Positions 1 through 8,225 are shown, numbered from the stretch's first letter. The stretch is DNA of 21,890 nucleotides from a virus (IMGVR_UViG_2529293041_000014); one strand, 5' to 3'. Made by a program: numbers and translations. Notes: generated from the sequence alone by a model not told the origin.

Positions 1-1131
1 TCAAATGACCAGTTTTTTCCATTCCTTACCGCGTGCGTCGTTGTAAATATCGGTCATTTTTTGATTCGAATGGCCTAGCAAAATTTTGGTATCAACCCCC
101 TGCTCTCTGAACAATCGCTCTGATAAAGATCTCTGCTCATGGAAAGAGGGAGGGGTGCCATTAGCACGCCAGTTGTAATCCACAGAATCCCGGGCTTTTT
201 TAAATGCAACGGTTAATGTTGCTGGCTTAACCATCCCGCCGCGCTTAGCTGTCCCTTTCGCGTGATGGTGGTGCAATAGCCACGGACTAAGAACGCAATC
301 GCGGCAGGATGACACCACATCATCCAGGGTGAGATTTAATTTATCGCAACGCAGAGCCAGAGGGATGGCAATCCGGGTTCCTGTTTTTTGCTGTTCGACA
401 TGAAGATAACCATCCCGGATATCCGAAAATTGCATTTTGCAAATATCTGAAAGGCGCTGGCCTGTCATCAGTGCCAGCAGCATACCGCGCTGTAAAAAGT
501 AACCATCCTTTTCCGCTGCGTTATAAATCATCATCCACTCATCAAAAGTCAGTCGCTGTCTTGATATCCGCACCTGCGGTTTTTTTGCCGATTCTGCAGG
601 GTTAAAGCCTGGCGGGACATCGCCCGTTTGCTGAGCTTCCCGGAAAACATCGATCAGTACTTTCCTGAAAATTTGTCCCATTCTGTTATGTCCTCTGGCC
701 TTGTACTCTTCCAGTACTGATACCACATCTTTTACGGTTATGGCATCTAACGGTCTGGTGCCAAAACGTTCATCAAATACCCTGAGAGGGGCCGCTTTCT
801 GTTTCAGCGTGTTGAGTTTGATCTCGCCGTTTTCATATCTTTCCTGTTGAATTTTTCTGTAATTATTCAGAAAAATGGTAACGGTTGATGAACCGCCGGT
901 ATCACTAATAATTTTCTCCTGCAGACTGAGCATTTGTTCCATTTGCTGCCGGGCAAGACGGCTGTTCGCTTCTGCTGCAATAGTTTCTGCCAGTTTCTGG
1001 TCAATACTGCCGAGACCGTGATTTTTGCCTGTTATGGGATGCCTGTAACGCCAGTAAACTTTGTTATTTCTTTTGTCAAAATACGGAGATAATCCCGGAA
1101 CATCGGTTTTATATTTTCGCGGGCGCGCCAT
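1..1131 (-). CDS. int: Phage tyrosine integrase (site-specific recombinase), complete; stop codon is at window positions 1-3
   Basis: 376-aa ORF; C-terminal catalytic region shows the tyrosine-recombinase pattern (conserved R, H-x-x-R in FHEQRSLSERL, terminal Y in TDIYNDARG); sits at the prophage edge next to an excisionase-like gene. Confidence 0.85.
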   Translation of the reverse strand: MARPRKYKTDVPGLSPYFDKRNNKVYWRYRHPITGKNHGLGSIDQKLAETIAAEANSRLARQQMEQMLSLQEKIISDTGGSSTVTIFLNNYRKIQQERYENGEIKLNTLKQKAAPLRVFDERFGTRPLDAITVKDVVSVLEEYKARGHNRMGQIFRKVLIDVFREAQQTGDVPPGFNPAESAKKPQVRISRQRLTFDEWMMIYNAAEKDGYFLQRGMLLALMTGQRLSDICKMQFSDIRDGYLHVEQQKTGTRIAIPLALRCDKLNLTLDDVVSSCRDCVLSPWLLHHHHAKGTAKRGGMVKPATLTVAFKKARDSVDYNWRANGTPPSFHEQRSLSERLFREQGVDTKILLGHSNQKMTDIYNDARGKEWKKLVI

Positions 1132-1357
1132 CTTCCAGTATCCTCTTCAAAGCAGGGTGATCTGTGGCGATCACCTCCGGCTTGTTTACCATTCCGACAA
1201 AGCGAGCTTGCGGATCCACTCGCCAGCGTCTTCCAACTTTTTTGGGGAGAGGAAATATCATTCCGGCTTTAGCGTATTTACTTAACGTACTCGGAGTTGG
1301 GACCGGTTCACTGAATTCCTCTTTTGCCCACTCAGTGAGCAGAATAAGTCTTGCCAT
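1109..1357 (-). CDS. xis: Excisionase-like small DNA-binding protein
   Basis: 82-aa basic ORF immediately upstream of int and overlapping its start by 23 nt, the usual xis-int arrangement; assignment by position and size, not by a recognised motif. Confidence 0.55.
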   Translation of the reverse strand: MARLILLTEWAKEEFSEPVPTPSTLSKYAKAGMIFPLPKKVGRRWRVDPQARFVGMVNKPEVIATDHPALKRILEDGAPAKI

Positions 1358-1421
1358 GAGCGTCGTTCGCTAATCATGGTCGCCGCCACTATAGCTGGTG
1401 GGCAACGACCGGGGTTGAACA

Positions 1422-3893
1422 TTAAAAATCAGCCTGATTCGGGATCAGTTTTTGCCAGATAACTGAAACGTATTTTGCTTGGTAACGGGCGTCATCAAGT
1501 GCATTATGGCGCTCACCTTCGAATGGAATAGCCGTTCTGGCATCGAAGTCTATGGCTTTCCCCAGCTCAACGATTGTGCGTACATCGCGATCGTTGTAGT
1601 AACGCCACGGGCAGGGGATCCCCTGCCGTTCGTATGAACGGCGCAAAATCGTGTTGTCGAAGTTGGCTCCATTTCCCCAGACCTGAACAAAAAATTCACC
1701 GGAGTTTTCGTCGATAAATTCCCGCAATTGTAACAGTGCATCATCTAACGGGATTTCATCGGTCATAATGGCAGATTGCGCTTCGCGTGATTGCTTAAGC
1801 CACCATTTAATGGTGTCCCGATCAATGACCCCGCCAGCAGTTTCCAGATCGATAGTCTTACTAAATTCCGGTCCCATATCTCCGGTTTGCGGATCGAAAA
1901 ATATTGCACCTATTGAGATGATCGGGGCATCAGGATTTTTTCCCATGGTTTCAAGGTCGATCATTAGATGGTCACACGTCCTGCTGGTGGATGTGATTTC
2001 GTGATGACCGTTCACCTTAATTGAGTGATCTGCCGTCTCGCCAGTTTCATTATCGCTATCGTGATGCTGATTGCCGTCAGTGTTCTCCTTGTGTGGATGT
2101 TCAGCGCCTTCCATTTCCTCCGGATCATCTTCCTGAACTTCAACCTGATACTCTTCATCGAATGTTTCCTGGTATGTTGCGTCGCCCATCACCGCGCCAC
2201 AATCAGGGCAGTTGCCGCCGCCGGTCTGACCGCAGGCGGTGCAGACTTTTTCCACTTCCTGTTGCGCCACTGGTTCAGGCTGTTTCGTTTCTGGCTCGTT
2301 TTGTAACGCATTTGGGCTGTTTTGTTCCGCTTTCTGGCCGTTCTGTTCCGTTTCTTGCTGGTTCTGATTCACTGAATCGCGGGTTTCAATCCCCTTCACC
2401 CATTTCGGATCATTCTGGTCGCTAATCCCTGCAACAAATTCTCCGCGAGAGGCAGCAAGCAACTTATCGGCGTCAGGCTGGCTGATATTGGCTGCCTGCA
2501 TAATTTTGTTTACTTCGTCAGCGGTAACTTTTACCGGCTCTGGTTGTGCGGTCGTGTCAGATGCACCAGTATTTTGTTGTGAACCTGAGTATGTACTGTT
2601 TTTGCGGGCGAAATATTCTTCTTTCGTGATTTCAGTAGCCCCGGCAGCCAGCGCCTTATCCAGACCAGAAAGTTTGTTTGCGCGACCGTATTTTTCGCCA
2701 TCCTTGTCGGTGAAGAGGAAGTAGAACGGCCCTTCACGCTCTACAGATGGTTCGACTTCCACTTTGCATTCGGTTTTTTCGTTGTCCGGAATTGCCGTTT
2801 CCACTGCATCAGTTTCTGGTACTGGCGACGAGAGAGTATCAGTTGCGCTCTGATTTCTTCCTTCATCTTCAAACACGCCCTTTGTAGTCAGGTATTCAGT
2901 AATGTATTTGTTCAGTGCCACAGGGTCTTTGTGAATGTCGATCGGACGTTCACGGACAAGGCCAAAAATAGTCTGGCGGTCGTAGCGAAGGGCATCAGGC
3001 TGTTTGCGCATTGATGCCGAGATACGCTTCCAGTCTTCGCGGTCGTTGTCGATAACTTCATTTTTTGCCCAGCGATGGATGCTGCCGTCAATGTTTCCGG
3101 CATCCACATCACCAGGCCAGAGAGCGTAGGCCAGTTCGTCATCCAGTGTTTTCCATGTCTGCTTGTATTCGCGATGAATGGCAGCAATGACCGGGCTGAT
3201 TTTTCCTGTTGAATTTTCAGTGTGCTGTTGATTGGCTCTGGCGCGGGCGAGATCAACAACAGACGTGTATTTTCCGGTTTCCTTGCGTTCACCTTCGCGA
3301 CGTTTTTTCCAGATGCGCATCTCTGCCTGAATTTCGGGCCATTTGGCACCAGGCTTACATTTATGCTTAACCCACCCGATGGCATGCAGCTTAAGCTCCG
3401 GATACATGGCGTTAACTTCTGGCATTTTCATCAACGCTTCAACGATATGTCCGTCGAATGTTGCCATGTCTTCCTGCAACAATTCCTGTGCGCTAATAAC
3501 CATATCAACGGTGATGTTTTCACATGTGTCGAACTTAACCATGACAGCGTTCGGTACTTCAGGGGCCAGCTTGTCAAAAGTGACGTTCATCGGATCTGAT
3601 TCAGTCTCAACCGGGACAAAGGAAGCAGACTCCTCATCCCAGCGGTTTTCCTGCATATATTCAGCATCCCAGGAATCGAGGGCAGGGCGGGGTATGCCGG
3701 GTTTATCCTCACAGACAATAAATTTATAAGCGCAGTCCTGAGCTGCAGGGAATTGCTCCAGAAATTGCCAATGAAATTTTGCGCGTGCGCGACGCTCATC
3801 ACCAGCTTCAATGGCAGTGGCCACCGCAACAGCGCTATCTTCTTTTATGGCCTGTTCATCAGGAATAGCAGCGCAAATAAAGACTTTACTCAT
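1422..3893 (-). CDS. Prophage exonuclease (in the exo/RecE position) with C-terminal DEDDh DnaQ-like 3'-5' exonuclease domain, acidic linker and CxxC-x7-CxxC zinc ribbon
   Basis: 823-aa ORF; Exo I/II/III motifs readable in the translation (IDLET with D646/E648, WGNGANFD with D746, HNALDD with H796/D801); zinc ribbon C551/C554/C562/C565; sits between xis and the dicB module. Confidence 0.7.
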   Translation of the reverse strand: MSKVFICAAIPDEQAIKEDSAVAVATAIEAGDERRARAKFHWQFLEQFPAAQDCAYKFIVCEDKPGIPRPALDSWDAEYMQENRWDEESASFVPVETESDPMNVTFDKLAPEVPNAVMVKFDTCENITVDMVISAQELLQEDMATFDGHIVEALMKMPEVNAMYPELKLHAIGWVKHKCKPGAKWPEIQAEMRIWKKRREGERKETGKYTSVVDLARARANQQHTENSTGKISPVIAAIHREYKQTWKTLDDELAYALWPGDVDAGNIDGSIHRWAKNEVIDNDREDWKRISASMRKQPDALRYDRQTIFGLVRERPIDIHKDPVALNKYITEYLTTKGVFEDEGRNQSATDTLSSPVPETDAVETAIPDNEKTECKVEVEPSVEREGPFYFLFTDKDGEKYGRANKLSGLDKALAAGATEITKEEYFARKNSTYSGSQQNTGASDTTAQPEPVKVTADEVNKIMQAANISQPDADKLLAASRGEFVAGISDQNDPKWVKGIETRDSVNQNQQETEQNGQKAEQNSPNALQNEPETKQPEPVAQQEVEKVCTACGQTGGGNCPDCGAVMGDATYQETFDEEYQVEVQEDDPEEMEGAEHPHKENTDGNQHHDSDNETGETADHSIKVNGHHEITSTSRTCDHLMIDLETMGKNPDAPIISIGAIFFDPQTGDMGPEFSKTIDLETAGGVIDRDTIKWWLKQSREAQSAIMTDEIPLDDALLQLREFIDENSGEFFVQVWGNGANFDNTILRRSYERQGIPCPWRYYNDRDVRTIVELGKAIDFDARTAIPFEGERHNALDDARYQAKYVSVIWQKLIPNQADF

Positions 3894-3985
3894 TTTGTTT
3901 TACCTCATTACAGATTTAAGGGTGAACAAATCCCTGCCATTGCTGGCATATAAGAATGAAACCGGATGTTTATTACGGAACTGTT

Positions 3986-4177
3986 TTAAAGACCTGCCGG
4001 GATTTCGTTATTATCCTGGTGAATAACTTTATCGACCGGGTAACAGTTACCGGGAATTTTCTGTTCGGTTGCTGCAGTCACACACTCCTGCATTGTCCTG
4101 TGAACACTGACTGCAATATCAACTGGCTCTCCGGAAACAAGAAAAACTGTCAGAACAAGTGCAAATGCTGTATTCAT
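3986..4177 (-). CDS. ydfD: YdfD-like small membrane lysis protein (Qin prophage family)
   Basis: Translation MNTAFALVLTVFLVSGEPVDIAVSVHRTMQEC... matches my recollection of E. coli K-12 YdfD (63 aa); hydrophobic N-terminus; ATGA start/stop overlap with dicB as in K-12; alternative in-frame start at 4186. Confidence 0.65.
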   Translation of the reverse strand: MNTAFALVLTVFLVSGEPVDIAVSVHRTMQECVTAATEQKIPGNCYPVDKVIHQDNNEIPAGL

Positions 4178-4362
4178 TGCCAGCATCCTTTTTGTATCGG
4201 ACGTAAACGGGCCAGCATTGAAAGAATGCATATTTTATTTAATAGCTCCCGTTCGTGTTTTCTCTTGTTAATGGCATCTTCAGTAAATACAGGGTTACTG
4301 ATAGTGACACCAATTTCAAAACAACCTTCAGACGTATTAACGTTTGGTAATAACGTTTCCAT
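4174..4362 (-). CDS. dicB: Cell-division inhibitor DicB
   Basis: 62-aa translation METLLPNVNTSEGCFEIGVTISNPVFTEDAINKRK...KGCWQ is near-identical to K-12 DicB as I recall it; internal Met of the 97-aa ORF with GAGGA RBS 9 nt upstream; DicF lies just upstream. Confidence 0.8.
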   Translation of the reverse strand: METLLPNVNTSEGCFEIGVTISNPVFTEDAINKRKHERELLNKICILSMLARLRPIQKGCWQ

Positions 4363-4530
4363 TATCGCGTCCTCAACAATGAATTTTGTGATGTGGTGCC
4401 TGGTGCCTCCAGGTGACGTTAACCAGTTAACAATTAACGCCGGATACAGAGAATCCACCCATAACACTGTTTTTGGTTTTAACTGTTCCGCGTGCGCTCA
4501 GCCGCATTCACCGCATCACAAAATTCACTT

Positions 4531-4589
4531 TAAAAACGGCGGCAGAGCAGTCACGGAGTAAAACTGATACCGCCAAACGTCACCAGAAA
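4531..4589 (-). ncRNA. dicF: DicF small regulatory RNA (Hfq-dependent; targets ftsZ mRNA among others)
   Basis: Minus-strand sequence UUUCUGGUGACGUUUGGCGGUAUCAGUUUUACUCCGUGACUGCUCUGCCGCC followed by a U-tract matches the known 53-nt DicF; correct position and orientation upstream of dicB. Confidence 0.8.
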
Positions 4590-4920
4590 ATTGATAACAG
4601 AGGGCGTTGCAGCGGGGTTGTCGCTTAAGCGTATGGTCAACCTGACAACCCGGTGTCCTCAACGGGGAAGGAATAACCCCGCCATACTTACCGCCGCGCC
4701 ATTTCGCGGAGTGCCACAACCGGAAGCGCACGGTCGAACTAAATTTAACGACACCGTACAGAGAGACCAATTTCGCCGTGCGCTTTCGCGTTATGCCCTG
4801 ACTTTTCAGGGACATATCCTTTCAGTAAACTGTCAGTGCCGGATGTTCACCCGTGTCCGGCGCACGCACTCCACCTGACCCGTGGAGAACTCCTTAATTA
4901 CCAACCCTCAGGAGGGTGAA

Positions 4921-5199
4921 ATGGATAAAAAGCAAATTGAGGCCCTGCAATCTATTATTGAAAAACAAGATGAAGCTATCAGGATTCTTTCATATCGCAC
5001 TGATATGATACTAAATATGCTTTCTGCATTAACGGCTGCGCTTGGTGGTACAAAAACAAACGTATACCGCGAAGTTGTTATTCAACAGATAGATAAATTT
5101 GAAAAAACCATACCAGGTATTAATGCTCATCTTGCAGAACAAGAGAAAGACCATGCTCTTATGGCAATTTCTTCAGTAGCTCTCCCGAAAGTTGAGTAG
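4921..5199 (+). CDS. Hypothetical protein (92 aa, predicted helical), encoded antisense to the surrounding leftward early operon
   Basis: ORF with a near-ideal RBS (AGGAGG, 6-nt spacer, ATG at 4921); no recognisable motif; convergent 41-nt overlap with the 3' end of the 5159-5572 gene. Confidence 0.45.
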   Translation: MDKKQIEALQSIIEKQDEAIRILSYRTDMILNMLSALTAALGGTKTNVYREVVIQQIDKFEKTIPGINAHLAEQEKDHALMAISSVALPKVE

Positions 5200-5572
5200 T
5201 TTTAATTGTTGTTTTGAAATAATCACTGCTTTCACATTTGAGTGATTTCATGGCAATCCAAATGCGGGCCTCTGTGCCTGCATTTGGTTCCAGTTGCTGT
5301 AGACGTTTTGCGTCTTCCAAAAGTAAGGCGATAATGTGTTTCAGCTTCTCATCATTTGCTTGATTCTTGTTTTCAGGCGAATTCTGTCCGCCGAATAGGC
5401 GCTTCTCTTCATACAGACCTATAAAGGCACGACGCACGTTACCGGATATAGTATCGATGGTTTCTTTTTCTACGGTACTCAGGTCAAGAGTCGCCAGTTG
5501 AGAGCGAACCACATTCGATGCCATTTCCTGGAATGGTACTGGTAAATCTTTAAATTCCATCGTCAACCTCAT
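5159..5572 (-). CDS. Hypothetical prophage early protein (137 aa)
   Basis: ORF in the leftward operon; its ATG overlaps the stop of the upstream YdfA-like gene by 1 nt (TGATG coupling); no recognised domain. Confidence 0.5.
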   Translation of the reverse strand: MRLTMEFKDLPVPFQEMASNVVRSQLATLDLSTVEKETIDTISGNVRRAFIGLYEEKRLFGGQNSPENKNQANDEKLKHIIALLLEDAKRLQQLEPNAGTEARIWIAMKSLKCESSDYFKTTIKTTQLSGELLKKLP

Positions 5573-5724
5573 CAGTCAGTGTTTCTGGTTAACCAGCGAC
5601 GCGCGCCAGCTTCAGTTTTAAACGTTTTGCTTCTGGTATACGTCATCGCGGTAAACGTGCCGTCCTGGTTGGGGAACACGCCACATACCAGAGATTCGTT
5701 GTTGCCAAGATTGAGCATATCCAT
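5572..5724 (-). CDS. Small YdfA-like protein (DUF1391-type), 50 aa
   Basis: Internal Met of the 77-aa ORF with GAGGT RBS; translation MDMLNLGNNESLVCGVFPNQDGTFTAMTYTRSKTFKTEAGARRWLTRNTD resembles K-12 YdfA as far as I recall; first gene downstream of the OL-like operators. Confidence 0.5.
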   Translation of the reverse strand: MDMLNLGNNESLVCGVFPNQDGTFTAMTYTRSKTFKTEAGARRWLTRNTD

Positions 5725-5910
5725 GTTGACCTCATTTCCCCTTAACGCCGGGGTAGCGGAACAAAAACCTGCTGCATAGTTATTAAAGTTGAACCCTGCC
5801 GTCATGTTCTTACGCCTCGGGCTGGCTACTTAACCCCTGACCACTGCCTGGTAACTCGAAGTATTGCCCTGCATTCTGTGGGGCGGGGTGGGTTGGTATG
5901 AAAAGAAGGA

Positions 5911-5947
5911 TACCCATAGGTATTTAAAAGGTAAATACCCATGGGTA
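5911..5947. promoter_or_regulatory. OL-like operator pair: two 12-bp TACC-N4-GGTA palindromes 25 bp apart, downstream of the repressor gene and upstream of the leftward early operon
   Basis: tacccataggta (5911-5922) and the perfect palindrome tacccatgggta (5936-5947); the same half-site recurs in the repressor/cro intergenic region. Confidence 0.45.
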
Positions 5948-5989
5948 AATTTTTGCGGGGTCTTAACTGGTGACTAGTTGTTTGGTGAG

Positions 5990-6409
5990 CTATGATGCGT
6001 TTTGTGCTTTCTTTTTACGGATTTCTTCGTAGATCATATTGTAATACTGTTTTTTCTCTTCAAGAGTTTTTAATAATTTATCCGCTTCACTTTCTGGCAG
6101 TTCGTCTAAGAGATCTAAAAAAATACGTTGTCGTGGCGTTAGAACCCTTGTTTCATAACTGGAGGCTGTGTTCGTTGATGATGAAACGATACCATCCATC
6201 CATCCCCGGGGTAACCCAAAGGACTCTTCGATAATCTCCACCATATCATCAGCGATCCGTTTTTTTCCCTTTTTCCCCTCTGGGTACAACATTCTTGATA
6301 CATAAGAAGGCTCGCGCCCGATCTTTCTGGCCACGTTAACCGCTTTACCATCGCATTTCTCATCACGAATTTTGATGAGTTGCTGTCGTCTAAATTCATA
6401 TTTGTCCAT
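5990..6409 (-). CDS. Phage repressor, cI/DicA-like HTH protein
   Basis: 139-aa ORF divergent from a Cro-like gene; C-terminal segment LDLLDELPESEADKLLKTLEEKKQYYNMIYEEI resembles the DicA C-terminus (LELFNALPESEQD...); flanked on both sides by operator-like palindromes. Confidence 0.7.
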   Translation of the reverse strand: MDKYEFRRQQLIKIRDEKCDGKAVNVARKIGREPSYVSRMLYPEGKKGKKRIADDMVEIIEESFGLPRGWMDGIVSSSTNTASSYETRVLTPRQRIFLDLLDELPESEADKLLKTLEEKKQYYNMIYEEIRKKKAQNAS

Positions 6410-6477
6410 AGGTAAATAATAGATGCGATTACCGCAAGGTAAACAACCTGTGGGTATTGACTTTTGTTTACCTGCGG
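6404..6477. promoter_or_regulatory. OR-like divergent promoter/operator region between repressor and cro-like gene
   Basis: Repeated TACC-N4-GGTA-type sites (taccgcaaggta at 6430-6441; degenerate copies gtccataggta at 6404-6415 and tacctgcgggtg near 6466-6477) in the 100-bp divergent intergenic region. Confidence 0.45.
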
Positions 6478-6509
6478 GTGTTCTTTGCTGTGTTTACTAA
6501 GGAGTAGCT

Positions 6510-6791
6510 ATGGAAGAATTAAGAATATTTCTCAATTCTCTTTCGTCAGATGAACAGCGTATGTTTGCATGCGAGTGTGGTACCAGCATCGGTTATCTAA
6601 GAAAGGCATTGAGTAAAGGTCAAGTGTTAGGGGCATCGTTATGTGTCCTTATTGAGCGAGCCAGTAATGGTGAAGTTACACGTCAGCAACTAAGGCCTTT
6701 TGATTGGATGAATATTTGGCCCGAGCTGGAAGATACCAAAACGTTAACACAACCACTTTCTAGGAGCTTGATTCATGAAAATCAAGCATGA
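6510..6791 (+). CDS. Cro/YdaS-like small transcriptional regulator
   Basis: 93-aa ORF with AAGGAG RBS, divergent from the repressor gene, followed by ydaT; position and size typical of a cro analogue. Confidence 0.6.
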   Translation: MEELRIFLNSLSSDEQRMFACECGTSIGYLRKALSKGQVLGASLCVLIERASNGEVTRQQLRPFDWMNIWPELEDTKTLTQPLSRSLIHENQA

Positions 6792-7200
6792 ACACATCCG
6801 CATGGCGATGAATGTCTGGGCGCATCCGGACGGCGAAAAAGTGCCGGCTGCGAAAATTACCAAAGCGTATTTCGAGCTGGGAATGACGTTCCCGGAACTG
6901 TATGACGACAGCCATCCGGAAGCCCTGGCCCGTAATACCCAGAAAATTTTCCGTTGGCTGGATAAAGACACCCCTGATGCTGTTGAAAAAATGCAGGCTC
7001 TGTTACCGGCGATCGAAAAGGCGATGCCGCCTTTGCTGGTGGCCCGTATGCGCAGCCACAGTTCTGAATATTACCGTGAGATCGTCGAACGGAGGGATCG
7101 GCTGGTGAAGGATGTCGATGATTTTGTTGCGTCAGCGGTTGTTTTGTATGACCAGATGAATCGCGGCGGCCCGGCAGGGAATGCTGTGGTGATGCACTAA
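6775..7200 (+). CDS. ydaT: YdaT-family protein (toxin YdaT-like)
   Basis: 141-aa ORF; N-terminus MKIKHEHI and C-terminal half (...IEKAMPPLLVARMRSHSSEYYREIVERRDRLVKDVDDF...) match the Rac YdaT family as I recall it; 17-nt overlap with the cro-like gene. Confidence 0.65.
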   Translation: MKIKHEHIRMAMNVWAHPDGEKVPAAKITKAYFELGMTFPELYDDSHPEALARNTQKIFRWLDKDTPDAVEKMQALLPAIEKAMPPLLVARMRSHSSEYYREIVERRDRLVKDVDDFVASAVVLYDQMNRGGPAGNAVVMH

Positions 7201-7222
7201 AAGCACGGTGTTCGGGGGTTTT

Positions 7223-8185
7223 ATGAGCAGCAAGCTTCATGGTCTTGTCTGGGAAGGGTGCGCCTTCACCGGCATGATCTTATCCAGGGTGGCGGTTATG
7301 GCCCGTCTTGCAGACTACAGCAATGACGAGGGCGTGTCATGGCCTGCCATTGAAACTATCCGGCGTCAGATCGGTGCAAGAAGTGAATCCACAGTGAAAT
7401 CGGCTATTGCAGAACTGGCGAAAGAGGGCTGGCTGACGAAGGAAGAGCGTAAGGTCGGTGGGCGTAATGTAAGCAATATCTATCGGCTTAATGTGGAAAA
7501 ACTCGAAGCAGCTGCGGCGGCGGCGCGTGAGTCATATAAACCGAAAAGAAAAATTAGCCCGGCAAAAAATGACCCGTTAACAGTTGACCCGTCAAATATT
7601 GACCCCTCAACGGTTGACCCGTCAAATTTTGATGGATCAACTGTTGATAAAAAACTGCCGATTAGGGGGGCGATGATTGACCCCGATCCGTCAGTATTAA
7701 AACCTGATCCGTCAGATAAAAGATCTTCTTGTCCGGACGCTTCGCAACCGGACCCGCAGACGGCTGAACAGGATTTTTTAACCCGACACCCTGACGCGGT
7801 TGTGTTCAGTGCGAAAAAACGCCAGTGGGGAAGTCAGGAAGATTTGGTGTGCGCACAGTGGATCTGGGGACGAATCGTGAGTCTTTACGAGCAGGCGGCC
7901 AGCTATGATGGCGAGATCGCTAGACCGAAAGAACCCAACTGGACAGCATGGGCCAATGACGTTCGCACAATGCGGATGCTGGATGGCAGAACTCACAGAC
8001 AAATTTGTGAAATGTTTGGGCGTCTCCAGCGGGATTCGTTCTGGGTAAAAAACATCATGAGTCCGGCAAAACTCCGGGAAAAATGGGATGAACTGGTTAT
8101 CCGCCTGGGGCGTTCGCCTGCGCAGCGTTGCGTGAATCACATTTCTGAACCGGACACTGAAATTCCGCCGGGCTTCAGGGGGTAA
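7223..8185 (+). CDS. Replication initiation protein (lambda O-like / YdaU-like), with internal iteron repeats
   Basis: ORF of about 320 aa after the cro/ydaT pair; GGGGG RBS before ATG 7223 (the ORF could start at 7208); contains five 15-bp direct repeats encoding a (T/N)VDPS pentapeptide array, as ori iterons sit inside lambda O. Confidence 0.65.
   Translation: MSSKLHGLVWEGCAFTGMILSRVAVMARLADYSNDEGVSWPAIETIRRQIGARSESTVKSAIAELAKEGWLTKEERKVGGRNVSNIYRLNVEKLEAAAAAARESYKPKRKISPAKNDPLTVDPSNIDPSTVDPSNFDGSTVDKKLPIRGAMIDPDPSVLKPDPSDKRSSCPDASQPDPQTAEQDFLTRHPDAVVFSAKKRQWGSQEDLVCAQWIWGRIVSLYEQAASYDGEIARPKEPNWTAWANDVRTMRMLDGRTHRQICEMFGRLQRDSFWVKNIMSPAKLREKWDELVIRLGRSPAQRCVNHISEPDTEIPPGFRG
7570..7644. 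repeat. Putative replication-origin iterons: five tandem 15-bp repeats (TGACCCGTCAA core, partly palindromic) followed by an A-rich tract
   Basis: tgacccgttaacagt / tgacccgtcaaatat / tgacccctcaacggt / tgacccgtcaaattt / tgatggatcaactgt read directly from the sequence, inside the O-like gene. Confidence 0.55.
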
Positions 8186-8225
8186 GTGTTAATTTCTGGT
8201 CATGAGGTAATTTTCAGGAGGGCTT

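Noticed and set aside
1550-3829. Ten ORFs of 64-157 aa on either strand inside the exonuclease gene (for example 2021-2425 +, 2912-3385 -, 3343-3729 +)
   Set aside because: All lie inside or antisense to the 823-aa exonuclease ORF, which has clear catalytic motifs; their compositions are skewed (Cys/Arg/Ser-rich) as expected for out-of-frame reads of a coding region.
3956-4561. 201-aa plus-strand ORF spanning ydfD, dicB and the DicF region
   Set aside because: Antisense to two recognisable genes and an sRNA; Cys-rich low-complexity translation; no RBS.
4525-4878. 96-aa minus-strand and 95-aa plus-strand ORFs between DicF and the 4921 gene
   Set aside because: The minus ORF overlaps DicF itself and both translations are Arg-rich and junk-like; the region is more plausibly the untranslated dicF precursor leader. 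A degenerate ydfC-like gene cannot be fully excluded.
6857-7240. 127-aa minus-strand ORF overlapping ydaT
   Set aside because: Antisense to the conserved YdaT-like gene; Pro/Ser/Arg-rich translation typical of a spurious frame.
7561-7650. Possible CRISPR-like short repeat array
   Set aside because: The repeats are 15 bp and directly adjacent with no spacers, and lie in frame inside a replication gene; they are iterons, not a CRISPR array. No CRISPR array was seen anywhere in the window.
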